NCBI GenBank assembly: GCA_028534125.1
Contig: CM052816.1
Coordinates: 56,918,001 to 56,982,000 of the forward strand
Source: Lama glama
Taxonomy: Eukaryota
Direction of reading: 5' to 3'
Length of the DNA: 64,000 nt
Below, one piece after another: positions 26,452 through 39,420 of this stretch (positions are counted from its first letter, which is position 1; the number at the start of each line of letters is the position of its first letter). The notes beneath the pieces were generated by a model. It worked only from the letters and a program-made list of their open reading frames with translations, searched no databases and was not told the DNA's origin. Made by a program: the position numbers and the translations under genes.

Positions 26452-27764
26452 GTACGTGTCTCCCCTAGGTGATGGACCTGCCAGTCATTCACTCAACCAG
26501 CAGGAGTATATTTGTCCCCCATGTATTTCCAAAATGGGTGAGTCTCTTCCTGATAGGGTGAGATGGGGAGTCTACTGATAATGGGTGGCTGGCACATGGT
26601 CTGTGCCAACAACCATTGCTCTGGACACTAACACATCTCATCTTGATTTCATGCTTTTCAACCACCTTGTGAGGTGGTTATTGTTATCACCATTAAGAAC
26701 AGAGACTTGGGGAGGTTAGGTGACTTGCACAAGATCATATGGATGGTAAATCAACAAGCCAGTGCTCTAATCCAGGTCTGCCCAGCTCTGAAGCTTACAC
26801 AGGACGTGGTTTGTATCTTTAAGGAGTTTCTGCCATATTTGGAGAGACTAGGGAACCAATGATGAACAATGCAAGAGAGCGTATCATTCAGTATTAAATG
26901 AGGTTGGGTGGGGTGATAAATACTGTTAGCAATTCAAGGGAGATCAGCCACAATCGTTGTGCCAAGCACCTCATGGATTAAGGGATACACACAGCGGTGT
27001 TACCTGCTTCTTAATTATCAACCTAGTCCAACTGCAAAACTTTCAGGATGCAAAGCACATCTTCCTCAAGCTCTCACCAACTCTAACTTAGGTATCTAAA
27101 ATGTTTCCTGTTTACTACCCCACACACTAAGCCAGAATTTTCTGGAAAGACATTATTTTAGGTGTAAATATGGTTGACATGTGTGTTACCAGTCTGCTAT
27201 TTACCTCTTAGCTTCCATCAAAATTTTATAGTACTTAAAATTTAAAAAATATGTATCACAGCATTATTTTGATAAACTCCCACTCATTTTTGAGTGAGTA
27301 GATTAATTGCATTTAAACAATGATCTCAGTTTAACCCACAGAGCCCCCTTGAGGTTGGCCTAGCATTTTATCTGTGTTCTCAATTCCAGTTAAGAAAAAT
27401 CACAGAGGGGAAATTCACAAACACGCAGAACCAATCTGTGGAGCAGCTCAAGCCAGATCCCAGGCTTCTTGGCCCCTCCTAGTCACCTTCAACTCCTTCT
27501 CAGGCAGGAGTGTGTATACACTCGTTTACCCAGATGCCAGTGGTATTGCAAGCAATGCAAGCTAAGCTGGCCTAGAGAGTTTGGGAGCATGGGGGAGAAA
27601 AAGAAGTAAAAGGGAAAGAAATCATGGGGAAAAGAACAACGGAAAGAAGCAGACGGGGAAGAAGGAAGCAGAGTATTACAGACAAGTATTACGCTTTTCA
27701 AGATTGACATTCATGGTCATGATGCATGTGTCAACATCCAGTACCTGTCTTATAAATCTTCCAG

Positions 27765-27908
27765 ATTTGCTGTATCAACCATGTAAAACAGCTTCACGGC
27801 AGCTGGGCTTCTTGTGTGAGGACCTCACCACTTGCTTGCCACCCTCCCTGCTTTGTAATGGCAGGCTGGACTGCAGTCACGGGGAAGATGAGTCTGCTAC
27901 CTATTGTG
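27765..27908 (+). CDS. LDLRAD1-like gene, LDLa module 1 (NLLYQPCKTASRQLGFLCEDLTTCLPPSLLCNGRLDCSHGEDESATYC)
   Basis: ttccag| acceptor, G|gtgagg donor, 144 nt, phase 1-1; six Cys and a C-x-G-x-x-D-C-x-x-G-x-D-E LDLa signature. Confidence 0.88.
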
Positions 27909-28035
27909 GTGAGGTGGACAAACAATCCAAATTAAAAAGCAGTCACCATCATCTAATAACTAAAATTCAGAACTAGAATTAAAATTATCAATGCACGAAT
28001 GTTTCTGTTAGAAATAATGCTGTTGTCAAATACAG

Positions 28036-28158
28036 GCCAAGTGCCCAGCAGTCTCCCACAAAACTTGATATTCAAGTGTCCCAACCAGAGGACTTGGTCA
28101 TACATGGACAAGGTGTGTGACAACAGAAATGACTGTGGGGATTGTTCCGATGAATCAG
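28036..28158 (+). CDS. LDLRAD1-like gene, LDLa module 2 (GQVPSSLPQNLIFKCPNQRTWSYMDKVCDNRNDCGDCSDES)
   Basis: atacag| acceptor, CAG|gtaaag donor, 123 nt, phase 1-1; CD-x-x-NDCGDCSDE motif. Confidence 0.88.
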
Positions 28159-29152
28159 GTAAAGATGAAGCTATGTAATATAATTAATGTTTTAATGGGT
28201 TCTTGAAGTTGCTACCCTTACATTTCAGTCATACAAATTAACTCAAACTCAAAAAACTTCCTAAGGATATTTATATTCACAATAAAGCAATTCTATCACT
28301 ACCAGTAGTTTGCATTTTTAAAGTAGGTGAGTTCTCTGGCTAAGAAGCAAATTAAGCCAGTTTTGCAAAGATAAATAAAGGAAATCATCTTGATGGGCAA
28401 CTCTTGTCTATTACCAAATTTCTTTTTGATTTCTTTGAAAATTTTGGTAAAGATCAAAGAAGTTTGTTGAATGACTTTCAAAGATAGTTTTGTTTATTTA
28501 ACCTTTGGCATTTCCTTGTCCCTCCTCCCCCACTCTCTTCTCTGCCTCCCACAGTGTTCTCTATGGTGGTTTGACACTGTGCAGCACCCCTGATCACTTA
28601 ACAATCTGGTGTGGCTGGATTACTCAAAAACTATGGTGGTAGATACACTTCCAATATGGCATGGTCCAAGGAAGCATGTAAAAGACTTACTGGAATTATA
28701 TTACACTATTTAGGTCATATCCTGCCTTTTGTCTGGTCATCATGGAAGGCAGAAACAGAAATGCTTCCTAGGAGTTGCATGTTATCTAACAATGTGTTGA
28801 CAACAAAAGACTGAAAATACAAACAGATCTTTCTTACTAGCTGCCAATTAACAAATACTGAGTCTCTTCTCTGCTAATGGAACATACAAAATCCTATGGA
28901 CTCTTGCTGTGTATGCAGTATGTCAGTATGCTTATTCTCAAGCTGATGGAGAGAGGTGGTACTCTTCCTGGCTTTTTAAAGTACACATTCTTTCACCCAA
29001 ATATGTAGAATCTTAATAAATGTCTGCAACATATCCCTTGGACAGTTTCCACTAATATTTTAAAAATCCAAACTTTTTTTCCAATAGGATCTTTTCCAGT
29101 CCACTTTGACATTTTAACAGTTGTGGTTTTAAAAATAAATAAAACTGTCTAG

Positions 29153-29289
29153 TTTTACAGTGCCCAAAGTGTTCAGGCTGGAGGTGTGATACTGTTTTCT
29201 TTGCTGACTGTGCCTGCATTCCCAGAACTCGCTGCAAAGATGGCATTCAAGACTGTGCTGACTGGAGTGATGAAAATATATGTGAATAG
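29153..29289 (+). CDS. LDLRAD1-like gene, last exon, LDLa module 3 (VLQCPKCSGWRCDTVFFADCACIPRTRCKDGIQDCADWSDENICE*)
   Basis: ctag| acceptor in phase 1; C-x-DG-x-x-DC-x-DWSDE motif; TAG at 29287-29289; AATAAA at 29573. Confidence 0.85.
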
Positions 29290-31576
29290 AAGATTTTTCT
29301 ATTGTTTGTCTTGTTACCAGTTCCCTTAAGATTTCTCTCCCCACAAAGTGACATACGTATCTTAAGAGTATGTGTAGGAGTAGGGAAGCTACTAAAGCAT
29401 GAATCCAGTGTTATGTAACAGAGAAAAAAATGGTTAGTAGAAATCAGACCCAACTTTAAGTGGCCTTCAGCGAATTTTAAACCTTGTTTCCAAGTTTCAG
29501 AATATAGCTTTCTGCCTTGTACACCACAGGGTTATTATGGGGATGACACAAATGTACTGTTTTGATTATTTCAATAAAGGGTTTTAATCTTAACAATTTT
29601 CCATTCAAAATCGCTGTCTACATCTTCATTAGTGTAGCTCTGGTTCAGATCCAGCTGAAAGCTAGTTTGGCTTAGGGCTAAAAAGCACTGCACAAAAGCC
29701 AGCAAATAGTGACAAAAGCCAAAAGATCAACCAGATCAGAATTATCTGCCCATCCAGCCTTCCAGTGTAGGTACTGAGGTCAAAAGAGCAGATCTGGGTT
29801 TCAATCTCACCCTACCACTTGAGGGGCTGTGTGACCTGACACAAGCAGATTTAATGGTTTCCTTATCTGTATAATGTGTATTTTGGGGGGAGACTGTTAT
29901 GACAATCAATGAAATGATATAAAGAGTTGTACAGTGCTTAATATACAATAGCAACAGGAATTGTGGGCAATTAAAAGAAAAATTCTAAGGATATGGTAGA
30001 TTGTATTATTGTTAAAAATACCTGCTATCCTGCTCTGGGAGAGGATTATACTTCCCTCAATCCTCAGGGCCATCAGATTTCACTATGTACATGACTTGTT
30101 CTGGCTTTTGACATTTGATTGCTTAACGATGTGCATCACTCCCCAGTGTAAGTCTGAAGAGCCAGCTCATTGCCATCTCTCTTCCCTGTCCTGAGACTGG
30201 AAATGTTCCAATGAGAGGTTAGAGTCACAGGCAAACCACAAATGTCAAACCTGACAAACCAACCTTTGTAGCAATTAAATTTTTTAATCATTTGTAACTG
30301 TAGCTTAACCTTGCCTATCTTGATGCTGAAAATGTTACAAGAAAAATCTTTCTTACTATATCCACTGACACAGATCAGTTTAAATAATGGACCAGAGAAG
30401 TAACATTTTTAGAGGCTGCTGGGGAGTAAAAATCTCCAAGTACAGGCAAAACAGGATTAACCTTAGCCAGCATCTGCTATGAGAAGCCAGTGTCCCTTTT
30501 CTGTACAGACCTAAGGCAAACAACCAGAAGGATATTCAGATAGTGGCATCTTCACATGCTCATGTCAGCTTTTCACTGTCATTCCAATCTCTTGGAATGA
30601 GTTGAGATAATCTCTAATTGTGCTACTCCAAGCATCACTGCTGGAACTCCATCAGCATTACCTGGGAGCATATCAGAAATGCAAATTCTCAGGCCTCACT
30701 CCAAGCCTTTCCAATCCTCTGCCCTACAGGTTAGCCATTCCATTTGCTTTGGCCACTTACATACAAGAAGTGATACTTGTAACAGCTTTAAGAGTCAGCA
30801 CATGACCCACCAGCTTCTCTTGTCCCAGATAGAGGCTGCTCCATAAGCCTGGGACCTGGACTATGTAGCGGAGCCTAACCTGACCCACCATAGTCTGGAA
30901 ACCCAAATTTATGTTTTGTAATTTTGTAAACCATTGAGACCTTAGTCCTAGTTACTGTAGCAGTTTACTTTAACAGGACCGATACAAATCCTTTGAAGAA
31001 ATACAATGTTAAGATGTGCAGATACTTTTTGCACAGCATCTCAGACAAGGTGACATCCTAATACAAACACTACATCCCCCCCCCCCAGGTATCTTATAGA
31101 ATATCCTACATAGGAGGGAGTTAAGAGATTAACTACTTCAACTTTTCTCAAGCAACCTCGGTTACATCTGCAAAGTGGAGCCACTAGTCCCTACTTCATA
31201 AATTGAGGACTAAATGAGAGAAAATTAAGTCTGATAATATATATAAGGCACTCAGTATATGTATACAATACAGACAATATGAAGAGAAAAAAACCCTTGC
31301 TCACCCACAAAGGAATATTCTATTCTCATTTTATAATTACACCCATTACATAAACCATGAATGAAGCCCTGAGGACTGAAGAAAAAGGTTTTCAAACGTA
31401 AGAACTTTATACCACCTGTTACATGATACTGTCATTTAAAATCTTTAATCATATTTCATCCAAGATTATTCAGCCACATTACATGCCATGATTAGCTTTC
31501 TATAAACAATTTTGCTTTCTGTGTACAAATCGGTATTAATGAAATAAAAAATAAAACTGTATACTAGGCAAAGAAC

Positions 31577-31604
31577 TTTATTAATCTTTGATTCAAACTT
31601 TATT
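31577..31604 (-). terminator. BTF3 polyadenylation signals
   Basis: Two TTTATT (AATAAA on the - strand) at 31577-31582 and 31599-31604, about 220 nt past the stop. Confidence 0.7.
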
Positions 31605-31817
31605 CCCAGGCTTCTTCAGCTGAATTAGCTGCAAAGAATGAATTGTATATAAGCAAAAACTGAAAAGAGCTGCAGTGTCCAGGGGCTTAGGCTTAAAAAT
31701 GTTAGAGATCTAGATTTTATCAGATCCATAAACAAAATTTTAAAAAGCAGTCATAATATAAAATAGCAGCTCCCAGTAACTTCTTCAAGTTTTATCTTCT
31801 TCAGAATGTGACTCAAT

Positions 31818-31864
31818 TCAGTTTGCTTCATTCTTGGAAGCCTCATCAAAATTCTCCACAAGAT
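31818..31864 (-). CDS. BTF3: BTF3 last coding exon (DLVENFDEASKNEAN*)
   Basis: Matches the NAC-beta C-terminus; TGA stop. The six exons sum to 621 nt = 206 aa + stop. Confidence 0.96.
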
Positions 31865-32788
31865 CTAGATAAAAAATGAGAAAAAAAAAGTAGAATCTCA
31901 GAAAAAACCAAATCTACAAAAATAATCATCAGGTCTTAAAAAGGAGATATGGAAAGTCTCTCAAAATATACCCTAGTGTTAAATCAGAGTATCAATTTAG
32001 ATACCTGTTTGCATTTCCAATGAAACTACTACCTATTAGGCATGCTTTGAACTGCATGTTTTGGCATATAATTAATACAAAGGAAAGAAATTCATTAATT
32101 AGCAGAAGACAAATACTGTGCTTAAAGAGTATGTATATACCCTCCCACTCCCACCCCACCCTAAGAGCTAAAATTAAGCAATGTAGTATTTTAGTTACAT
32201 GGAGGACAGGACCAAAGAACTGCCACAGCACACAATTTGCAGTTTTCCTAGATTCCTAAGGAAACCTGTCTACACAAAGTGGAAATATTTCTGAGTCTAG
32301 GGACTCTACTGCTCAATACTTGTTTTACAGTAAAATAGGTTGTCCAGTAACAAGATAGAAAAATGCCTCATGACTGCCAAAGGAGTTTTTCTGCTGACTT
32401 TAGAATGGTTATATCCCAAGATATTTCAACAACTTCCCCATGCATTCTCACACATTTATGGGTCCCCAAGTAGGAAGCAAGGGTCATGTGATCTCTAAGT
32501 AGTTACTATACTTCGGTCACAACATACATCCCTATTTACTCAATATTTAAGGTTAGAAACCTACAACTTCTTGGGATCCCAAACAGAAAAAAAGCCAAGC
32601 CTATAAACCTAACTCCCAGGTGAATAACACTGCATTTTTTTTTGTCTCATTCTAAGTGAGGTCCAAGTCTCCGTTTGCCCCACTTCACCCTATACCTCCT
32701 CCCCCAAGGTAATTTCTCCTATAGTACAAAGACTCTTCATTCTTCCTTGCTACGATTCTTTAGTTTAACCACAAGTGACGGTTCCTAC

Positions 32789-32845
32789 CTGGAACTTCGT
32801 CATCATCATCCTCTCCAGTAGCAAGTGGTGCTTTTCCATCCACAG
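32789..32845 (-). CDS. BTF3: BTF3 exon 5 (SVDGKAPLATGEDDDDEVP)
   Basis: tcacag| acceptor, CAG|gtagga donor on the - strand, 57 nt. Confidence 0.95.
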
Positions 32846-33938
32846 CTGTGAAAGGAAATGTAAATGTTACACATTTAAGTCTTCAATAAACACTAACCAA
32901 AAGATCAGATGAAAAGTCAAGGGTTGTTACAACTCAAGTTTATGACAACAGTGGCATTTGGGATTTCATCTACAGTACTAGGCATTAACATGATAGTCTG
33001 ATGTCTACAAATGAGTTGGAATACTAGTATCAGTCAACACACCAAAGGGTCCATACCCGTCCTTTCAATCCTTCTGACCTACGACAAGGGACAGGTAAAC
33101 TCACATACCAAAAAAACCTTTACTGGAGCGAAAGTAAAATAATCAGAAAAGTACAAGTGTCTTTGACCAGTTAGCCTCTACTTTCCATTTATTACACAAG
33201 AAAGAACTACACTTGAGAGCTGAGACCTCACAATACTGGCCCTTAGCCTTGTACGATTTTCAGTGGGACCCTTCAAAAGCCCACCTCAGCTCTGGAAGCC
33301 TAAGACTTTCTAGAACCTTTTATGCCTTTCAGCGTGACAAAAACAAAAAGCCCACCAACAAACACAAACTGACTGAAGCAGAGTGAGCCAACACCCAGGA
33401 GAGCATGCATGACTAAGTAACAAGCCCTACAGTACAGCCGACTTGCTGCTACACTTCCATTCGTCAAAACTTCAGAGGGCTTCAGCACAAAGTAGCTATA
33501 TGTACACCTATTCAGCTACACAATTTTCTGCCCTGAACAAAATCCTTATTACCGTATAATTAAAAACACCAGAATCGTGGCAGGCCAATTTTTAAAGACT
33601 ATTGGTAATACCAGTTATAACTGTACAACGGAAGAAGTTTAACAACGTATAGTATGCTTCAATTCTAAACTGTTATTTTAAAAAAAAAACAAACCCAAGT
33701 TAACATTTTCATCATTTCCTGCTAATAAAGGAAAGTTTTTAGTCTCTGATCCAAAACAAGAAAGCTAGTAGAAAACAAATGTTCCACTTAATCAAGTATA
33801 ATGATCAACGTATACTAAATAAACTACTGAACACACCAAGAATACTTGCTTTAAAATCAGTGTAAAAGCATTTTTTACAGGAAAGTTTACATTTCCAAAT
33901 TTAAAGATATTCATATCCACTCTGCACCCTAAACCTTA

Positions 33939-34196
<258 letters not shown>

Positions 34197-34475
34197 CTAA
34201 AAAGAAAAAAAAAATTTAAATTAGCAACACCCACCAAAATCCCATTAAAACCAAACATTTCATTAAGCAAAAGCTAAAGTCTGGCTAGGTAATCCAGTAT
34301 TTCACTATGATACACAGGGAAAATTCTGGCTGGGATGTAGCACAATCTAATCGTTTCACACTTGGCAATCTGCCTGATACCAAGAGTAGAAACACATTTT
34401 AGAGAGCTATGAAATTCTCTGTTGGAAGTAGAGTAAAAAAAATAATCATTTAATGCATGAACATTAACGGTTTCA

Positions 34476-34631
<156 letters not shown>

Positions 34632-35089
34632 CTAAAGTGGGGAGAAAAAGAAAGAACACAGCATGTGTTTATACCATAACAGACATTTTCAAATAGAAAC
34701 AGTTTCTAATTCCTTTCTGACTTGTGAATCTGTATAAGAAAATTACCATATCCACAAACTTTTACGCTGTGAGTAGGCAAGTTAAGGCACTGATGGAAGG
34801 CAAAAGAAAGGAATGAACGGAACTGTCTACAAATCCTCCTCAGCTTCTAGTTTTCTCAGATATAAAGGAATGATCTTTTCAAAGTCCTGCTTTCTACATT
34901 ATCTGTTCTAGAAGTGATCCAAGAGGTGGCATGTGTCAACCTAAATTGAACTTCATTTAGAAACTCCATGTCGAGGACCCTTAACTTTTTCTGTTTTTAT
35001 ATTAAAGAAAAATCAGCATCCATTAATATTCACAGGCAAGATACTATATGACACAAATGAGTCTATATACAGACTTCTACAGCACCCAA

Positions 35090-35465
35090 GAGTAAAGCCT
35101 GAAGTTTTTATCTTAACCTACCAGGCCCCTTACGTGATCTGCCTGCCCCTACTTTGCCACTCTTGACACATCTTCCATCATCTACATGGCTCCCTGCCTC
35201 ACTACAGATCCCTGTTCTTAAGTCACCATATCAATGGCCTTTCCCAACCACCCAATGAGAAATAGCAATTCCCACACTCATCATCTTCTATCTATCCAGC
35301 TTATTTTTCTTCACAACACTTACAAGGGACAAATGTATTTTATTGTTTTCCCTCACGAGAATGTAAACTCCTTGAGGGCTTCTATTCTGTTTGCTGCTTT
35401 AAACCCAGTACTGAGTATAGCCATCTGACTCACTGAAGGCACACAATAACTTGATGAATAAACAG
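35090..35465. mobile_element. L2 fragment in a BTF3 intron
   Basis: gaatgtaaactccttgagggc...tgaataaac, the typical L2 terminal pattern. Confidence 0.55.
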
Positions 35466-37827
35466 AATTTCGGCTTCAGGAAATCTTGTCTCTTGTATAT
35501 ATATGCCAAATCTCCAATCTCCCTCCTCTCAAATATATCCTCTAAACTTTCAAAGCTAGGCAAATGTGATACCCATTTTCTGCTAAAAACTCTTTAGTAA
35601 CACTCTCATGGACCCTCCCATACAGACTAATCCCTTTATGTGGTACATAAGACTCTTCATGGAAAGACTATCACCCACCTACCTCACTGTCCCCCAATCT
35701 CTGCACCAATTTCTATATATCCCTTGAAAATCCTGTTCAAGTCATCATCTCTCCTGTGCTTTCCCTAAACTGCAATTAAAGTCCCCAAACCAAATCATTT
35801 TCATATCTGTATTTTGAAAATGTTTCTGTTGCACTATGTATACTACACTGTGAAACAAGTTTTGTTGTTGTTGTTGTTGTTGTTATTTTAAGATACTTAT
35901 CTCCCCTACTAGCATTAAAGTTCCCCTCTAATGACCTTACACTTCTTAAATTTTATACTCTCAGGATCCAGCATAGTCAAGCCTCAAGTAAAGAAGAAAA
36001 TATCAACAGCTACAAAAAATACTAGTTATAACCCTCCCACCCCAAACCTTTAAGAATAAAGATCTTCAAGTGGTCATGTAGACACCTGGTTTCCAAAGAA
36101 TCCTCTCAAAGACATTCTAAAGAACCACTATAAGATTTTCAAACAAAACCAGCCCACCTTCTATAGATTTCATACACTTCACATTCAATTTTTACTGAAA
36201 TAATTTATTATCAATGCTCTGATCAAAAACTGAAAAAGAACTGGTTTAGATAATTTACCTAAAAACTACCTAACACTTTGCAGATTTCTCCAAGGCAAGA
36301 ATAATTCACCTATTTTCACACCCCACAATCAGGTTTCTTAAGAGGTGAAGAACATGTTTCCATTTTACAAAGATGACAGAAATACTTCCTATGTTAACTA
36401 AACAACGGAAGTTTAATCCTACATCAGCCTTAAGAATCCTAGAACACTTCAACTTTCCTTAACCCTAGAATGTCTTTCACGAGTTAAAAACTAATGATCA
36501 GGGTAACAACAAAAAGATGGCACATAGCACATTATTCAAATTAGTCCTTCTGAAACCTGTACTGAAAGAAATGATGATTAAAAATACCACAATAAAGAGC
36601 ATCCAAACACTGACCCACAAAGAATATGAGTCTTCCTGGCACCTGAAGGCCTCACCTAGCTTCTAACAACTGCTAAAAAGGGCAAGAAACACCTACTGTT
36701 GTTAATGAGTAGGTGTTGATCTTGAAGACCAGCTTGGGGTGGGGGGGCGGTGGAGTGGTGGCAGGAATCAAGCTACTTTCACTGCTGGCAAAAGTCAGTA
36801 ATTAACAGATGTACATCTTATTACTTAAATCTAAGTGCAACTTTTGGCTATTTCACAGTAGACTCTACTTGAAGGTAAATGCTTAACATTGGGGAAAACT
36901 AATAGATAATAAACTTGTAGCATGGACACTTTACAGGTTTTACCAAGTAATGACATGCTCTGTTCCAACAGGCTACCACACCTTGTTAAATACTAGGAAT
37001 CTGCTAACACAGTGCAAAATACAAGGAGGTAGACCTCTGTCTAGAGTGGATTTCTGATTTCAGCAAATTAGAGACCTAAAAACTTACCAAGTTCAAAAGA
37101 GAATCTCCTTAAAGGGGACCAGTAGCCACTAGGAAAAATGAATTTACCAAAACTGGTCATTTAAAACTCACCAATCACTCTCATTCCCTTAGTTTTAGCA
37201 TAACTACAAGGTAAAAATGGGAAGATACCTGCTTAAGCAATATTTTCAAGTCCATAGTCACTGATCTTAAATTCTAAAATATACCCATAAGAATGACATC
37301 TCCAAATATCTTAGAAAATATACAACCACTCTAGATTACATTTAGCTAAGAAAGGATTACAAAAAGGTCTTAATTTACAAGAGAAATGAACCTTCAACTG
37401 TTAAGTACAATGATTATCCAGAATCATAAAGTTTAAAAGGTAGGTAAAACTTCAATTCATGGTTAATTCAGTTATTTTTTAAAATGGGAAGAAAAAAAAA
37501 CCCCACCAAGCACTGACTGTATATAACCGAGGTTATACAACCTTATACAAGTCAAGGATATAATGCCTACAATTGCGATCTAAATGAAGAGACACATTTT
37601 CTTTCTAATTAGGAAACACTTTTGTTCTACTTAAAACACTGTAACACTGAAAACATATCCACATAAAAAGCAAAGTTTGCAGTTCGAGTCTTCTCTTCAC
37701 CTATTATCACTTGCATTTATTTCTTTTAACATACAACTTGCACGTCTCACTGATACACTATATTGTACATCTAATTTTCCCCTGCCACCCCTCCACACGA
37801 TTTGCTAGCTCCGTGAAATGCCCTCTA

Positions 37828-38001
<174 letters not shown>

Positions 38002-38099
38002 CTAGAAAAACAGGAAACCCTCAGCGAGGAAAGGGCTAGTTCACTCTAGCATTCCACGCGTGTTATTTCCCAAGACATCAGCAGAATAAATGACCTACA

Positions 38100-39420
38100 C
38101 AGGCCGAGGCCTGGATCCCAAACCCACCCCGCCAAGCTCCCAAATTTCAGTTTCGAGGGAGCCCAAATAGCACTCGCCTCCCTCCCCCTCCCCCCAAACT
38201 CCCCCCTCTTTGCAGGCCCAGCAAAAGGGCTCTAACCCACCCCCGGCCAGCCCCCCACCCCCCACCCCCGGCCCTGGCCCGGCCTCGGCCTAGCCAGGGC
38301 CTGCCCGGCCCGGCCACTCTCCGCAAGCCTCGCGGTACCTGAGGCTCCTGTCCTCGGGTTCCGCCGCGAGGTGGAGGAAGAGACGGCGTCGCCTCGCCCC
38401 CAGGGCAGCCGCCCCTGGCCCGACCTCGACCCCGAGAGTCAGCCTGAGTGGGTGCGCCTGTCCGTCGCATCGCCTTCCTTTTCTGAGCCCTGTCCCTCCC
38501 TGTCTCGCTCCTTCCGGGCACTTCCCGCCCCCGTTCCCGTCCTCCTCCCACGCAGGCGTCCAGAGCCTTTTTGTACCTTGTTGGAGAGGAAATGGGGCCG
38601 CGCGGGGGACTAGGGTTGGCGCTCAGGGGGGTCTCGGGTAGACCAGCTGAGATAAGGCGCACACACGCGGGGACGCAAGATGGCAGCTAGAGGGAGGTCG
38701 GAAGTGACGCAATGCCACTTCCTCCTAAAGTCAGGAAACGGACTTCGCCGCGAGCTCAGCGTCTGACTGCGCACGCGCGCGCTCTGGCCAGGCGGTCGTG
38801 ACCGTCGCGTGTGGCTGTCCTCCAGTTGCCCAGAACAGGTCGGGTCGAGACCGCACGTCAGACTGGGCTGGAAGCACCGCGAATGGTCCTGGGAAAGGCC
38901 ATGGAGTGGTCAGAGAGCACGGTTCTTTGCGCAGTTAGGGCTGAGTAAGTCGGCCGTGTCTCCATCGGGCCCCAATCGCCAAGTTCTTTACCCCTGGAAG
39001 AAAGGGCCTGTTCACCTTTGCGGAAGCGATTGGGGCGCCTAGATTGTGCTCACCTGTTTAGCCTGCTCTCCGCTGGTTGGGTGGTGTAGATTGGAGCGAT
39101 TATCGGAATGTTTTAGAATTTCCCCTCCCGCCCGAGTGAGCCCTTACCAAGACGTTTTGTGAAAATTTTGCTTTAGTTGGTTTGGTGGTTGCAGGACCAC
39201 GCTTCAGAATTTATGAGGAGCGTGTTCACAGTGCAGACCTGAGCCCCACCTCTCGGCGATTAAGTCTGGCTGAGGATGTGACCGGGTAATCTGCATTTCA
39301 GCAGGCCTAGCCGGCGGCCTTACACCCGTGAACGTGATTACCTCACTTCTTTCGTCTGTGACAGAAAGCTCGATCCCTTGATACCTTTTGGCGTGGGCTT
39401 GACGATTAGCCGTTCACAGT
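38100..39420 (-). promoter_or_regulatory. BTF3 CpG-island promoter
   Basis: CpG-dense; YY1 CAAGATGGC (38676-38684), ETS CGGAAGTG (38699-38706), TGACGCAA, NRF1-like TGCGCACGCGCGC (38768-38780). Confidence 0.85.
38339..38470 (-). CDS. BTF3: BTF3 exon 1 coding part, 44-aa BTF3a extension ([21 protein letters not shown]...GQEPQ)
   Basis: ATG at 38470, CAG|gtaccg donor; matches the BTF3a N-terminus. Confidence 0.9.

Noticed and set aside
27581..27764. Basic N-terminal part of the 131-aa ORF upstream of the LDLa exon
   Set aside because: Purine-rich intronic read-through; the real exon begins at the ttccag acceptor (27765).
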